Counted from the first letter of the whole stretch, positions 30,743-41,505 are shown. The stretch: 63,740 bases of DNA, filler included, from Ferroacidibacillus organovorans (GCF_001642725.1; 3 parts of 3 records of this genome joined end to end with filler, not necessarily neighbours in it), one strand, 5' to 3'. The notes: a model not told the origin generated them from the letters alone. Made by a program: numbers and translations.

Positions 30743-31432
30743 ATGCCGAAAATATTACTCGTCGAAGATGATGTCGAACTGGCAAACGCAGTCATAAGCC
30801 TGCTCGTCGAAGAAGGGTTTGACGCGGATTGGGTGCAGGATGGTGACGAGGCGTTGCACGCCGCACGTTCAGGCGCCTATGATGTCGCTCTCATGGATGT
30901 GATGATTCCGTCGCGTGACGGCTTTTCTGTCATTGCGCGCCTGCGCAAAGAAGGGGAGCGCCTACCTGTCATGATGTTGACAGCGCGTGACAGTCTGTCC
31001 GATCGGGTGCGTGGTTTAGAGACGGGTGCAGACGATTATTTAGTTAAGCCGTTTGCCGGCACAGAATTGATCGCGCGGTTGCGCGCACTTTTGCGCAGAG
31101 TCGGCGGTCAAGAGTGGGATGACCCTGATTTGTTGACATATGGCCCCCTCAGTTTTTCCGTCAGTGCGCGCGAACTGACGATTGAGAACACTGGGGAATT
31201 CGTTGTTCTCCCCCCCAAAGAAGCGGTTCTTCTTGAAATGTTTTTGCGTCATCCAAACCGCATTTTGACACGTTCTCAACTGATGGATCGCGTGTGGGGG
31301 TTTGAAGGGGATGTACTTGAAAATACGCTGGAATCCTACGTGTCGAGGCTTCGCAAACGATTGGAGAATGAAGGATGTCCCACGATACAAACCATTCGCG
31401 GGCTAGGGTATCGTCTGCAGAAATTACCCTGA
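30743..31432 (+). CDS. OmpR-family response regulator
   Basis: ILLVEDD, GADDYLVKPF, IQTIRGLGY. Confidence 0.93.
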   Translation: MPKILLVEDDVELANAVISLLVEEGFDADWVQDGDEALHAARSGAYDVALMDVMIPSRDGFSVIARLRKEGERLPVMMLTARDSLSDRVRGLETGADDYLVKPFAGTELIARLRALLRRVGGQEWDDPDLLTYGPLSFSVSARELTIENTGEFVVLPPKEAVLLEMFLRHPNRILTRSQLMDRVWGFEGDVLENTLESYVSRLRKRLENEGCPTIQTIRGLGYRLQKLP

Positions 31433-32736
31433 TCAGGGCGCAGCGCCTTCGACTTGCGCTCGTCAATGCGATTGTACTTTTGATGATCTGGTCGATTCTC
31501 TCTGTTTTTGTCTATATCCTTGTGGTCAATCAGACGTCGAGTACGCTTGACCAGCGTTTGGTAACCTACGCTGAACGTTTGCGCGAGACGTTTATCCATT
31601 TCCCTCTCTCAGAGCCTGGATATGAAGAACGTCTCTCTACACCGCCTAAGGTTGGGCAGACGACATTTGTCCCGTATCTTCACGAATTAAATGAGATTGC
31701 GGGTTCCGATCATGCGTTTCAGTGGGCGGTATGGCGCGCAAAGGATTGGAAACTGCTTTCAAACGGCGATGTCACGCCGCCCCTTGAAAGCGCTCTATTG
31801 ATTGACGCCAAAAAAAGTGATGTCAAAGGCTTTTTCAATCTTCACGTAGGCGGGCAGACGTATCGCTGCATGCAAATCACTTCTCATCATACAGGGCTTG
31901 TCATACAAATTTTTGAAGATGTGAGCGCACAGCGCGAAGTGTTTCAACGCTTGCTGATCATACTCTTGTTTGGAGGCGTCGCGGCGGCCATTCTCTCTAT
32001 CTTAGGGGGATACTCCTTGGGACTGTGGACGCTTCGTCCCCTCATGGCCGCGCGCAGAAGGGAGCGAGAGTTTACGGCCGATTTGTCACACGAGTTGCGT
32101 ACACCGCTTACGGTTATGGCCACCAATCTGGAACTTCTGTTGCGCCATGTCGACGAACCGCTTGCGCAACATTTACCGTGGATTGAAGGAATTTACCGGG
32201 AAACGAAGCGGATGACGCGGATGACGGAAGAGATTTTGGATATGGCTCGACTTGAGTCGGGCGGATTTGTGGAACTCGTGGATATCGATGTGTCTGAACT
32301 TGCGGATGAAGTTTTTGCGCTCTACGAGCCGGTCGCAGTAGAAAAAGGTCTTGCGCTGACGGTTTCCCTTGAAGAAGCTGTTCACTGCATGGGGGATCGA
32401 ACGCGCTTGCGGCAAATTCTTTTTATTTTGTTAGACAATGCGATTAAATACACAGATCAAGGTACGATTGTGCTGCAAACGCAAGTGCGAGGAAATTTTG
32501 CGGAGATCATCGTCCGCGACACGGGGATTGGCATCCGCTCGGAAATCTTACCGCGGGTTACAGAGCGCTTTGTTCGGGGAGAACCGTCACGCCAGCGCAC
32601 GACATCAAGCGGGTTGGGTTTATCCATCGCGAGCCGCATTGTCGAGGCGCACCAGGGGCGCCTCATCCTCAAGAGCACGCCTGGCTCGGGTACGGAAGTC
32701 AGAGTGCGCTTGCCAAAAGGTTCTGCATACGCTTAG
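31429..32736 (+). CDS. Sensor histidine kinase
   Basis: Two TM segments, FTADLSHELRTPL, LLDNAIKY, SSGLGLSIA. Start probably CTG overlapping the regulator stop (CTGA). Confidence 0.9.
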   Translation: MIRAQRLRLALVNAIVLLMIWSILSVFVYILVVNQTSSTLDQRLVTYAERLRETFIHFPLSEPGYEERLSTPPKVGQTTFVPYLHELNEIAGSDHAFQWAVWRAKDWKLLSNGDVTPPLESALLIDAKKSDVKGFFNLHVGGQTYRCMQITSHHTGLVIQIFEDVSAQREVFQRLLIILLFGGVAAAILSILGGYSLGLWTLRPLMAARRREREFTADLSHELRTPLTVMATNLELLLRHVDEPLAQHLPWIEGIYRETKRMTRMTEEILDMARLESGGFVELVDIDVSELADEVFALYEPVAVEKGLALTVSLEEAVHCMGDRTRLRQILFILLDNAIKYTDQGTIVLQTQVRGNFAEIIVRDTGIGIRSEILPRVTERFVRGEPSRQRTTSSGLGLSIASRIVEAHQGRLILKSTPGSGTEVRVRLPKGSAYA

Positions 32737-32979
32737 AAATAGCGCGCTTGTCACGCATCCGTTGCATATTCGACGGATGACTGGGTTCACAGCGCGAGGT
32801 TGGCGTGATAGAGTAAAGAAAGACCTCATGTAAACGCTGCCAACTATTCTAATGATTCGAGAAAATTGAATGGTTTTAAACAGCTGAGCCCCATACGATA
32901 GATTTACGCTATGGTGTCACCGATGCATTCTGAGATTGAAGGTCTTTATTCTTGATAGGGTGTGGGAGGGTACGCTTTA

Positions 32980-33933
32980 ATGATTGAAGAAGGACAAATG
33001 TCTCACGGTTTTCGATTATATGCAGGGTCATCCCATCAAGCGTTGGCCAGTCAAGTGGCTCGCGAATTGTCGACGGATTTGGGCTCTGTCCATTTGTCCC
33101 AATTCAAAAGCGGTGAACTGTACGCTCACTTTCCAGAGAGTGTGCGCGGGGTCGACGTTTATCTCTTGCAGTCGTTTAGTCCGCCGATCAACGATCACTT
33201 TGTCGAGCTTCTGCTCATGATCGACGCGTTGAAACGCAGCTCTGCTGGACGCATCAATGTCATCATTCCGTACTTTGGTTATGGTCGACAAGAAAAGCAG
33301 GGGGAGGCTCGTGAGCCGATTTCTGCAAAGGTTTTGGCGGATGTCTTGACAACCGTAGGCGCCCACCGCGTAATTACCATTGATCTTCACGCTGCGGCGA
33401 TCCAAGGGTTTTTTAATATTCCGGTAGACCACCTCAGTGCGCTCTCTGTGCTCGCCCAGGAAGTGCGCGCGATGAATCTCGTAGACGCGGTGGTGGTTTC
33501 TCCTGACGCAGGCAGGGCAAAAACGGCCGAAAAATTTGCCGCAATGCTTGATTTGCCCATGGCGATCATGCACAAGGGTCGACCGCAACATAATGAAGCT
33601 GTGATTACGCATTTGATTGGTGATGTCAAAGGAAAAACGCCGATTGTGATCGAAGACATTATCGACACAGGGGGCACGATTGTTCAGGTGGTAGAGAACT
33701 TGCTGGCAATGGGCGCGCGTCCGAACGCCGTTCTCTGTGCAACGCACGGCGTCTTCTCATCTCCGGCAGAGATTCGATTAAAACATACAGGAATCGCACA
33801 GGTTCTGGTGACAGACAGCCTCCCACTGCGATCCGAGATGAAAGGATTGCCAATCAAGGTGTTACCGATTGCCCCGCTGCTGGCAGAGGTGATCGGGCGC
33901 GTCCACAACAACCAAGCGCTCAGCTCGATGTGA
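32980..33933 (+). CDS. prs: Ribose-phosphate pyrophosphokinase
   Basis: IPYFGYGRQ, DLHAAAIQGFF, VVSPDAG, EDIIDTGGT. Confidence 0.93.
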   Translation: MIEEGQMSHGFRLYAGSSHQALASQVARELSTDLGSVHLSQFKSGELYAHFPESVRGVDVYLLQSFSPPINDHFVELLLMIDALKRSSAGRINVIIPYFGYGRQEKQGEAREPISAKVLADVLTTVGAHRVITIDLHAAAIQGFFNIPVDHLSALSVLAQEVRAMNLVDAVVVSPDAGRAKTAEKFAAMLDLPMAIMHKGRPQHNEAVITHLIGDVKGKTPIVIEDIIDTGGTIVQVVENLLAMGARPNAVLCATHGVFSSPAEIRLKHTGIAQVLVTDSLPLRSEMKGLPIKVLPIAPLLAEVIGRVHNNQALSSM

Positions 33934-34104
33934 ATGACGAAGTGCCAACAATGCGTTGGCACTTTTTGATATCTATTTCCTATCAATCAGTCGCGCGATG
34001 TATATTGGACGGTCTTGCTTCTCCGTGCGTAAAGTTAGAAGAAAGAAAGCGCATTCACAGTTGTTTTGTGAATACGACCGATCAGACTGGGACGGGGCGT
34101 GCGA

Positions 34105-35406
34105 ATGGAGAATCCTTTTGAGCTCGCGTTGATGACAATCGTCAGTCAGGAGTATGTAAAAAAACACATTGTTCACGGTACATCACGCTGGGTTGCATCG
34201 CCAGGGACGATGGAGGAAGTGGTCTCCCTTGTGCGTTTGGCGAGTGAGTATGGGAAATCGGTTACACCGATCGGTGCCTTGCGGCGACTAGGCACACTTT
34301 TTAAAGACGGGCAAGCGGAGCTGTGGATTGAGACGGAGCGACTGTGCTCGATCATCGAGTATTCCCCAGAGGATATGGTCATCACGGTCGGCGCAGGAAT
34401 GCGTCTTTGCGATTTGCAACATGAACTGTTGAAGTTTAATCAGTTTTTACCGGTGGATCCAATTGGAGACGTTGACGAAACGCTGGGAGGCATCGTCGCT
34501 ACAAACGCGTGGGGTCCGTCGCGGGCACTTTACGGAACGCTACGCGATCACGTTATCGGCACGCGCACGGTCTTGGCGAATGGAGATGTGGTTCGCACAG
34601 GTGGACGCGTTGTAAAAAATGTAGCGGGTTATGATCTCACCAAACTGCTGGTCGGCTCATTTGGTTCGCTTGGCGTGATGATCGAAATTACACTCCGTGT
34701 GCGGCCGTATCCGACGCAGCGAACAGTTACGCTTCTCTCGGGTTCTGTCGCAGATGTGGATCGCGCGCGCGCAGAATTGATGGACGCTACGCTGATTCCA
34801 AGTGTGTTTGAGTGCGTGAATACATCTTTGGCGCGCACATTGACGTCTTCGCCAGGCACTCACGGTGCGCTAGACACTGGTTCACCACTGACGCTTGCTG
34901 TAGGCTGCGATGAACCTGTGGAGGGAACCGCGTTTCAAGAGGGTGTTCTGCGCGCATGGAGTTCGTCTTATTCTCTTGAAATTCTGACGTTCACGCCCGA
35001 GCAGACCGCCGTGTTGTGGGAGGACTATCACATGACACTGCGCACGGCCGCGACCGTACTTCGCGTGCAGGGAAAGCCGTCTACACTGATCGAGATCGCG
35101 GGTACGCTTCTCGCCGCTGTGAATCAGGAACGGATGTGGTTGTCTGGGTGTATTCCTGCAGGTGTTCTGCGCTTGTTTTTTGCGGCAGACGATGACGCCG
35201 TGGCACTTGTGACAGCGTGTGTTTCGCACCTCACAGCGTGTGGATTGTCTCTCCATTACGAAAAGCTACCCACTGACCATCACGATTTTCCAAGCGTTTC
35301 TCAGGAAATCGCCATCCCGGATTCCAAACAAACCGTTCACCGACTGATCTACCAAGCGTTTGATCCCGCGGGACTCTTTTCTTCAACGCGGTTAGGAGGT
35401 GCGTGA
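34105..35406 (+). CDS. glcE: FAD-binding oxidase, glycolate oxidase GlcE-like subunit
   Basis: TLGGIVATNAWGP, GGRVVKNVAGYDLTKLLVGSFGSLG, FDPAGLF. Confidence 0.75.
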   Translation: MENPFELALMTIVSQEYVKKHIVHGTSRWVASPGTMEEVVSLVRLASEYGKSVTPIGALRRLGTLFKDGQAELWIETERLCSIIEYSPEDMVITVGAGMRLCDLQHELLKFNQFLPVDPIGDVDETLGGIVATNAWGPSRALYGTLRDHVIGTRTVLANGDVVRTGGRVVKNVAGYDLTKLLVGSFGSLGVMIEITLRVRPYPTQRTVTLLSGSVADVDRARAELMDATLIPSVFECVNTSLARTLTSSPGTHGALDTGSPLTLAVGCDEPVEGTAFQEGVLRAWSSSYSLEILTFTPEQTAVLWEDYHMTLRTAATVLRVQGKPSTLIEIAGTLLAAVNQERMWLSGCIPAGVLRLFFAADDDAVALVTACVSHLTACGLSLHYEKLPTDHHDFPSVSQEIAIPDSKQTVHRLIYQAFDPAGLFSSTRLGGA

Positions 35407-36737
35407 TGAGCACACAAAGTGAGTCGATGCTGCGACAGACTTCATTCCCTTATGCGGACGCGCCAGAGAAAGACAAATATTCGGTTTGTGTGCACTGTGG
35501 CTTTTGCCTTGAAGTGTGCCCCACGTACCAGGAACAATCCAATGAAAGTCATTCGCCAAGAGGACGGGTCTACCTGATTAAACTCGCGTCCGAAGGGCTA
35601 ATTCCGCTTGATGAAGGTGTCATCTCTCCGGTCGAGACATGCCTTGATTGCCGCGCGTGCGAATCGGTTTGTCCGTCAGGCGTACAAGTTGGGGCTTTAA
35701 TTGAAGAGGCGCGCGGCCAAGTGTTCCTTGCACGCTCCGAGCAGAAAAGAGCGTCTGGCATGCAAGCGCTTTTTCTGCGCAGCGTTTTTCCACATCCGGC
35801 GCGTTTGCACACGCTGGGGAGTCTCATGCGCTTTTATCAGCGCTCTGGAATTCAGCGCTTGACACGCGGCGTCGGGTTGTTGCGCGTCTTGCCTGTGGCG
35901 ATGCGGGAAATGGAAGGCGTGTTACCAGAGGTCAGCGCACGCAGGGCGCTCACAAATCTTCCTGAGCGCATTCCTGTAAAAAACCCTAAAAGAAGTGTAG
36001 GACTTTTTACAGGATGCGTAATGGATGTCTTGTTTACGCCGATCAATGAGGCGACGGCGCGCGTCTTGACAAAAAATGAGATCGAGGTGCGCGTTCCCAA
36101 GCAGCAGCTTTGTTGCGGTGCGCTTCACGTTCATGCGGGCGATCGCGAACAGGCGAGAGAGCTCGCAAAGACGAATATTGAGGTTTTTTTGGATGCGGGT
36201 GTTGAGCGCGTTGTCATTAACGCGGCGGGGTGTGGTGCGGCGCTCAAGGAATACCCTGAATTGTTTAAAGATGACCCTGTATGGCACGAAAAAGCTGTTG
36301 AATTTTCATTACGTGTGCGTGACATCTCTGAACTTTTAGTGGAAGAGGACTTTGTAAAACCACAAGGGCACGTTGAGCGACGCATCACGTACCACGACGC
36401 GTGCCACCTTTGTCACGCACAGGGGATTCGCGCGGAACCGCGCTTGATTCTACAGTCGATTCCAGGTGTCACACTTATCCCTCTGCCCGATTCTGAGCGC
36501 TGTTGTGGGAGCGCCGGAATTTATAATTTGACACAACCGGAGATGGCTGAAAAACTTCTGGAACGAAAAATGGATGACCTTCCAAAAGAGATTGATGCGG
36601 TTGTGATGGGAAACCCAGGGTGTATGTTGCAGATTCGCTTGGGTGTTAATAGACGCCAGCGAGATCTTGACGTACTGCATACGGTAGAATTGCTCGACGC
36701 TTCTTACCAAAAGGAGGACGTCGCACATGGTAACTGA
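35403..36737 (+). CDS. glcF: Glycolate oxidase iron-sulfur subunit
   Basis: CVHCGFCLEVCPTY, CLDCRACESVCPSG, two CCG domains. Confidence 0.85.
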   Translation: MMSTQSESMLRQTSFPYADAPEKDKYSVCVHCGFCLEVCPTYQEQSNESHSPRGRVYLIKLASEGLIPLDEGVISPVETCLDCRACESVCPSGVQVGALIEEARGQVFLARSEQKRASGMQALFLRSVFPHPARLHTLGSLMRFYQRSGIQRLTRGVGLLRVLPVAMREMEGVLPEVSARRALTNLPERIPVKNPKRSVGLFTGCVMDVLFTPINEATARVLTKNEIEVRVPKQQLCCGALHVHAGDREQARELAKTNIEVFLDAGVERVVINAAGCGAALKEYPELFKDDPVWHEKAVEFSLRVRDISELLVEEDFVKPQGHVERRITYHDACHLCHAQGIRAEPRLILQSIPGVTLIPLPDSERCCGSAGIYNLTQPEMAEKLLERKMDDLPKEIDAVVMGNPGCMLQIRLGVNRRQRDLDVLHTVELLDASYQKEDVAHGN

Positions 36738-38208
36738 ATATGTATTACGTAAACTTGAAGAGATTCTCGGGGCGTCAAACGTTCACGCGACGCCGGGACA
36801 AGTGAAGGCTTACGAGTGTGACGGGTATGTAGCATTCAAATCCCTGCCGGGCGCAGTCATTTTTCCGCAGTCGACCGATGAGGTATCACACGTTCTAAAA
36901 CTATTTAGCGAGCAGCGTGTTCCGTATGTGGCGCGCGGGGCAGGAACTGGACTCAGCGGTGGGGCAACACCGACGCGCGGCGATGTGGTGATCAGTCTCG
37001 CGAAGATGGATCAACTGCTATCCCTGGATTTAGAGAATCATCGAGCGGTTGTCCAACCGGGTTTTGTCAACTTGGAGTTGACAAAGCGGGTGGCGGGAAA
37101 ATCGTTTTATTATGCGCCAGATCCATCGAGTCAGTCGGTCTGCACAATTGGCGGTAATTTTGCAGAAAACGCCGGTGGATCTCATTGTTTGAAATACGGT
37201 GTGACCACCAATCACGTGACTGCGGCGACGATCGTGCTTCCTGATGGAGAGATCGTCGAAGTCGGTTCATCCTTTGGGGATGAAGACGGGCTTGATCTTC
37301 TCGGCCTCTATGTTGGTTCGGAAGGGACGCTTGGCATCGCGACGGAGATCACGGTAAAAATTCTCAAAAAACCTCAAGCCGTTCAGACGATCATGGCATT
37401 GTTTGATCGGGTCGAGGACGCTTCGGCGAGCGTTTCTGGATTTATTGCGGCAGGCATCATCCCGGCCGCCTGTGAGATGATGGATCAACTCGCGATGCAG
37501 GCGGTTGATAAGAGTCGCTACCACGTTGGCTATCCGAGTGATGTGGAAGCGGTGCTGATTGTCGAAGTCGACGGACTTGAAGCGACTGTGCGCGCGCTCT
37601 CTAAGCGCGTGATGGATGTGTGTACAGAAAACCACGTGCGCGAGGTGCGCTCCGCAAAGAGCGAGGAGGAGCGCGCGCTCTGGTGGAGCAGTCGAAAAAT
37701 GGCGTTCCCGGCGATTGGAAGGATCTCGCCGGATTATATGGTGCAAGACGGTGTGATTCCTCGCTCGCGATTGGCGGAAGTGTTGAAACGGATTGAAACG
37801 ATCAGCCAAACGTCAGGGTTGCGTATCGCAAACGTCTTTCACGCGGGGGATGGGAATCTCCACCCGTTGATCTGTTATGACAGCAAAAAGGGAGAGACGG
37901 ATATCGCACAGGATGTGGGGAGACAGATCCTCGAATTGTGCGTGGATGTCGGGGGAAGTATCACGGGTGAGCATGGTGTGGGGATTGAAAAAATTGCGGA
38001 GATGCGGTACCAGTTTTCGCAAGAAGAGCTGACACTTCAGCAGGCGATTCGTGATCAGCTCGATCCAAAAGGGCTGTGCAATGCTGGGAAATTGATTCCC
38101 ACACCGTCGCGCTGCATGGAGATGAAGGGTGCCGCAAGTCCGAGCGTGAGTTCTCTGGAACAAATTCTTAGCGCGTCTGGATCTCCTCAGGCGCGTTTGG
38201 CAAGGTGA
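36727..38208 (+). CDS. glcD: Glycolate oxidase FAD subunit
   Basis: RGAGTGLSGGA, APDPSSQ, HAGDGNLHP, GEHGVG. Confidence 0.85.
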   Translation: MVTEYVLRKLEEILGASNVHATPGQVKAYECDGYVAFKSLPGAVIFPQSTDEVSHVLKLFSEQRVPYVARGAGTGLSGGATPTRGDVVISLAKMDQLLSLDLENHRAVVQPGFVNLELTKRVAGKSFYYAPDPSSQSVCTIGGNFAENAGGSHCLKYGVTTNHVTAATIVLPDGEIVEVGSSFGDEDGLDLLGLYVGSEGTLGIATEITVKILKKPQAVQTIMALFDRVEDASASVSGFIAAGIIPAACEMMDQLAMQAVDKSRYHVGYPSDVEAVLIVEVDGLEATVRALSKRVMDVCTENHVREVRSAKSEEERALWWSSRKMAFPAIGRISPDYMVQDGVIPRSRLAEVLKRIETISQTSGLRIANVFHAGDGNLHPLICYDSKKGETDIAQDVGRQILELCVDVGGSITGEHGVGIEKIAEMRYQFSQEELTLQQAIRDQLDPKGLCNAGKLIPTPSRCMEMKGAASPSVSSLEQILSASGSPQARLAR

Positions 38209-38212
38209 TCGA

Positions 38213-39349
38213 ATGCGCATTGTGATTGCGCCCGACTCCTTCAAATCTGCGTGTTCGGCAGTCGGTGTGGCGCATGCGCTGGCGCGCGGCTGTCGGTTGG
38301 CGTATCCGGATGCGCAGATTATCGAACTGCCACTCGCGGACGGTGGTGAAGGGACGAAGGATGCGCTGATCGAAGCGACAAAAGGACGCGCTGTATCGAT
38401 CGCTGTACGTGATGCCTACTTGTATCCGCTAGATACAGAATTTGGGATACTCGGCGATGGGAACACTGCGATTTTAGAGTTGGCGAGTGTGTGTGGACTA
38501 CCGCTGTTAGCAGAAACGGAAAGAAATCCGCTGGAAACTTCAACGTTTGGATTTGGTCTCATGCTACGCGAGGTGTTACGTCAAGGGTATCGAAATATCC
38601 TGGTGGGACTCGGAGGGAGCTCAACGAACGACGGAGGAGTCGGCTTTCTAATGGCGCTTGGCGCATCCTTCCTTGACGAGCACGGAGAATCAATCGATCC
38701 GCGCGGCAAGAGCCTGCTCAAGATTGCGGCTGTCGATTTTTCAGAGCTTGATCCACGAATCAAGGATGCGAATATCACGGTGTTGTCTGATGTAGACAAT
38801 CCACTCCTTGGAATGCGCGGCGCGACGCGTGTGTATGGACCGCAAAAAGGTGCATCACGCACGGCGATTGATCAACTTGAAGCGGGGATGGAGAAATTCT
38901 CATCGCTCCTTGAAGCGACGCTTCAAGGAGGATGGTCACATACTGCGGGAGCGGGTGCCGCTGGAGGGATGGGATTCGCGCTGCTTGCGCTCGGAGCGCA
39001 CCTTACGTCTGGCGCCTCTTATATCGCAAACGTCGTGGATCTGCGCGAAAGGATCAAAACCGCGGATGTGGTTCTCACTGGTGAGGGACAATCGGACGCG
39101 CAGACAGCGTACGGGAAGCTTCCCGGACTGGTTGGCTTGATCGCGGCGGAATACTGCAAACCCGCGTTCTTACTCTCCGGTTCACTCGGTGACGGGTACG
39201 TAGAACTCTACGATCGATTCGCAGGAATTCGCGCCATCCAACAAAAGCCGTCGTCGCTTGCAGAATGCCTAGCACACACAGAGCGGTATCTGGAAGCGGC
39301 GGCTTTTGATGTGATTCACTCGTTTAAAGCCAATAGAGTCAAGGCGTGA
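38213..39349 (+). CDS. Glycerate kinase
   Basis: MRIVIAPDSFK, ADGGEGT, GLGGSSTNDGG, TGEG. Confidence 0.92.
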   Translation: MRIVIAPDSFKSACSAVGVAHALARGCRLAYPDAQIIELPLADGGEGTKDALIEATKGRAVSIAVRDAYLYPLDTEFGILGDGNTAILELASVCGLPLLAETERNPLETSTFGFGLMLREVLRQGYRNILVGLGGSSTNDGGVGFLMALGASFLDEHGESIDPRGKSLLKIAAVDFSELDPRIKDANITVLSDVDNPLLGMRGATRVYGPQKGASRTAIDQLEAGMEKFSSLLEATLQGGWSHTAGAGAAGGMGFALLALGAHLTSGASYIANVVDLRERIKTADVVLTGEGQSDAQTAYGKLPGLVGLIAAEYCKPAFLLSGSLGDGYVELYDRFAGIRAIQQKPSSLAECLAHTERYLEAAAFDVIHSFKANRVKA

Positions 39350-39398
39350 CACACAAAGTGCCTTGGTTGCGTGAAAGAACATGATCAATCAGGGTGTA

Positions 39399-41018
39399 TT
39401 ACGCGCTCTCTGGTTGTTTGCTTTCTGATTTTTGGCGATCCGAGATCTGTACCTTACCTAAGAACAAGGTGAGAACAGTCCCTAAGAGAACAAAGACGAG
39501 TCCGACAAGAAACACGCTGTGAAGTGATTCGACAAGCGCCTGTTTGATTGCGGGAACGACGTCACGGATGAAAACGACTGGCATTTTGCTGAGCGCGACT
39601 GGATTGAGCAGGGAAGAGTAGAGTCCCTGCGCATTCGTTTGAATCATGGCTTTCAGACTGCTGACCAGTGGATTGTTTGGAGCGTGATCAAGAAAGGGTC
39701 CAACGTTTTTTGTGAGGAGTGAACTCGATGTGCTGTTGAGTACAGCTCCTAGAATGGTCATGCCAAACGTTCCGCCGATGGAGCGAAAGAATTGACTGGA
39801 TGACGTAACAACGCCGAGATCGCGCTTTGGAAAACTCTCTTGCAAGGCGGTTGTCAGAATCGGCAAGACAAGTCCCATGCCAAGTCCCAGAATGATCATC
39901 TCGCCGGAGACGGTCCACGCAGTAGAGTGGAGCGTAAGCATCGACAGGAGCAGAAAGCTTACGGCCATGATGATCATACCGAGCGCTAATTGGAGCTTTA
40001 CCCCAAGCTTCATGACGAGGCGACCTCCGAGAATGCTCCCAACGATCATCGTGATCATCATCGGAGTCATCGCGGTTCCAGAGGCGGCAGGGCTTACGCC
40101 GAGAATTCCTTGAAGGAAGAGTGGTACGAACATGATGGAGCCGAACATGCCGACGCTCATCAAGAAACCGATCCCATTGATCAGGCTGAACACCTTGTTT
40201 TTGAACAAGTGAAGCGGAAGGATCGGTTCAGACGCTCTGTTCTCAATAACGCCAAAACTGACCAGTGAGACAATGGATAGCGCAAAGAGCGACAAGATCT
40301 GCCAGGAGAGCCACGGTTCATTTTTTCCGCCAAAAGTGAGCGCGAGAAGAATGCTGACGACACCGATGATCATGGTAACGATCCCGGCGATGTCAAACTT
40401 CACAGTAGCTTTGCGCTCGTGGCGGTGAAGCCCCAGTGAGATGAGAACGACGGCGATTGCCGCAACGGGAAGGTTAATGTAAAAAACCCAGCGCCAACTG
40501 GATGCGTCGACAATCCAGCCGCCAATTTGTGGTCCGATGACCGAAGAGAGCCCGAAGATGGCGCCAAAGATTCCTTGCCACTTTGCGCGCTCCTTGCCTG
40601 TAAACATATCGCCGATGATAATCATGGCCATCGGCATCATTACGCCGCCGCCAATGCCTTGAAAGCCGCGAAAGAGAATCAGTTGTCCCATGGAACCGGA
40701 CATGCCGCTGAGCGCTGAACCGATCATAAAAATTAGAATGCCTGTCACATAGACGACTTTGCGTCCCAACAGATCAGCCAGTTTTCCAGCGATCGGGACA
40801 ACGGTCGTGGAAGTCAGCATGTAGGCGGTTGTCAGCCAGGTCATATAGGAGAGTCCGCCTAAATCACCGACAATGCGCGGCATGGCTGTTCCCACGATGG
40901 TCTGATCAAGTGCCCCGAACAGCATGGCGATGAGAAGACCTGAGATCAGGATACCGCGATGCTTAATTCCGGCTATCGGCGCGGATGAATCGATAGAAGT
41001 GGCATCGACGCTTGACAT
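39399..41018 (-). CDS. DHA2-family MFS efflux transporter
   Basis: ALDQTIVGTAMP, GKLADLLGRK, WRWVFYINLP, many TM helices. Confidence 0.92.
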   Translation of the reverse strand: MSSVDATSIDSSAPIAGIKHRGILISGLLIAMLFGALDQTIVGTAMPRIVGDLGGLSYMTWLTTAYMLTSTTVVPIAGKLADLLGRKVVYVTGILIFMIGSALSGMSGSMGQLILFRGFQGIGGGVMMPMAMIIIGDMFTGKERAKWQGIFGAIFGLSSVIGPQIGGWIVDASSWRWVFYINLPVAAIAVVLISLGLHRHERKATVKFDIAGIVTMIIGVVSILLALTFGGKNEPWLSWQILSLFALSIVSLVSFGVIENRASEPILPLHLFKNKVFSLINGIGFLMSVGMFGSIMFVPLFLQGILGVSPAASGTAMTPMMITMIVGSILGGRLVMKLGVKLQLALGMIIMAVSFLLLSMLTLHSTAWTVSGEMIILGLGMGLVLPILTTALQESFPKRDLGVVTSSSQFFRSIGGTFGMTILGAVLNSTSSSLLTKNVGPFLDHAPNNPLVSSLKAMIQTNAQGLYSSLLNPVALSKMPVVFIRDVVPAIKQALVESLHSVFLVGLVFVLLGTVLTLFLGKVQISDRQKSESKQPESA

Positions 41019-41040
41019 TTGAATTCTCCTCTAAAATCGT

Positions 41041-41505
41041 TTATACGTCCGCTCCAGACAAAATCTGTTCTAAATTCATCGCGGCGCTCGCGTCTGCCAA
41101 TTTCTTGAGCGTGGCAAGAAACCTAATGCGCTCTTCATCCGTCAATTGGGTGAGGCAATACTCGACGACGCGTTTGCGTACTTCTAAAACCTGTGAAAGT
41201 TTGTCACGGCCTTCTGAGGTAAGATGGATAAGTACCACGCGACGGTCTTTATCATCGCGCGTGCGCGCCACGTAATTGTGTTGCTCAAGTCGATCAAGCA
41301 TGACGGTGATCGCGCTCGGGTTTACTTCAAGTTTGTCGGCCAAGTGTGACACGGTGCAGTGCTCATCCATTTGAATAAAGTGAAGCATGAACACCTGTCC
41401 AGGGGTTAATCCGAGGTGGACGCGTGTGAATAAATGCGGCCCTAAATTATGCATGAGGACGCGAAACGATTCATCGAAGGCTTGCTGATCGGATAGAAGG
41501 TTGAT
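41041..41505 (-). CDS. MarR family regulator
   Basis: LTPGQ…SAITVMLDRLE…DRRVVLIHLT; start either ATG 41454 or ATC 41505 after AAGGAG. Confidence 0.88.
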   Translation of the reverse strand: MNLLSDQQAFDESFRVLMHNLGPHLFTRVHLGLTPGQVFMLHFIQMDEHCTVSHLADKLEVNPSAITVMLDRLEQHNYVARTRDDKDRRVVLIHLTSEGRDKLSQVLEVRKRVVEYCLTQLTDEERIRFLATLKKLADASAAMNLEQILSGADV

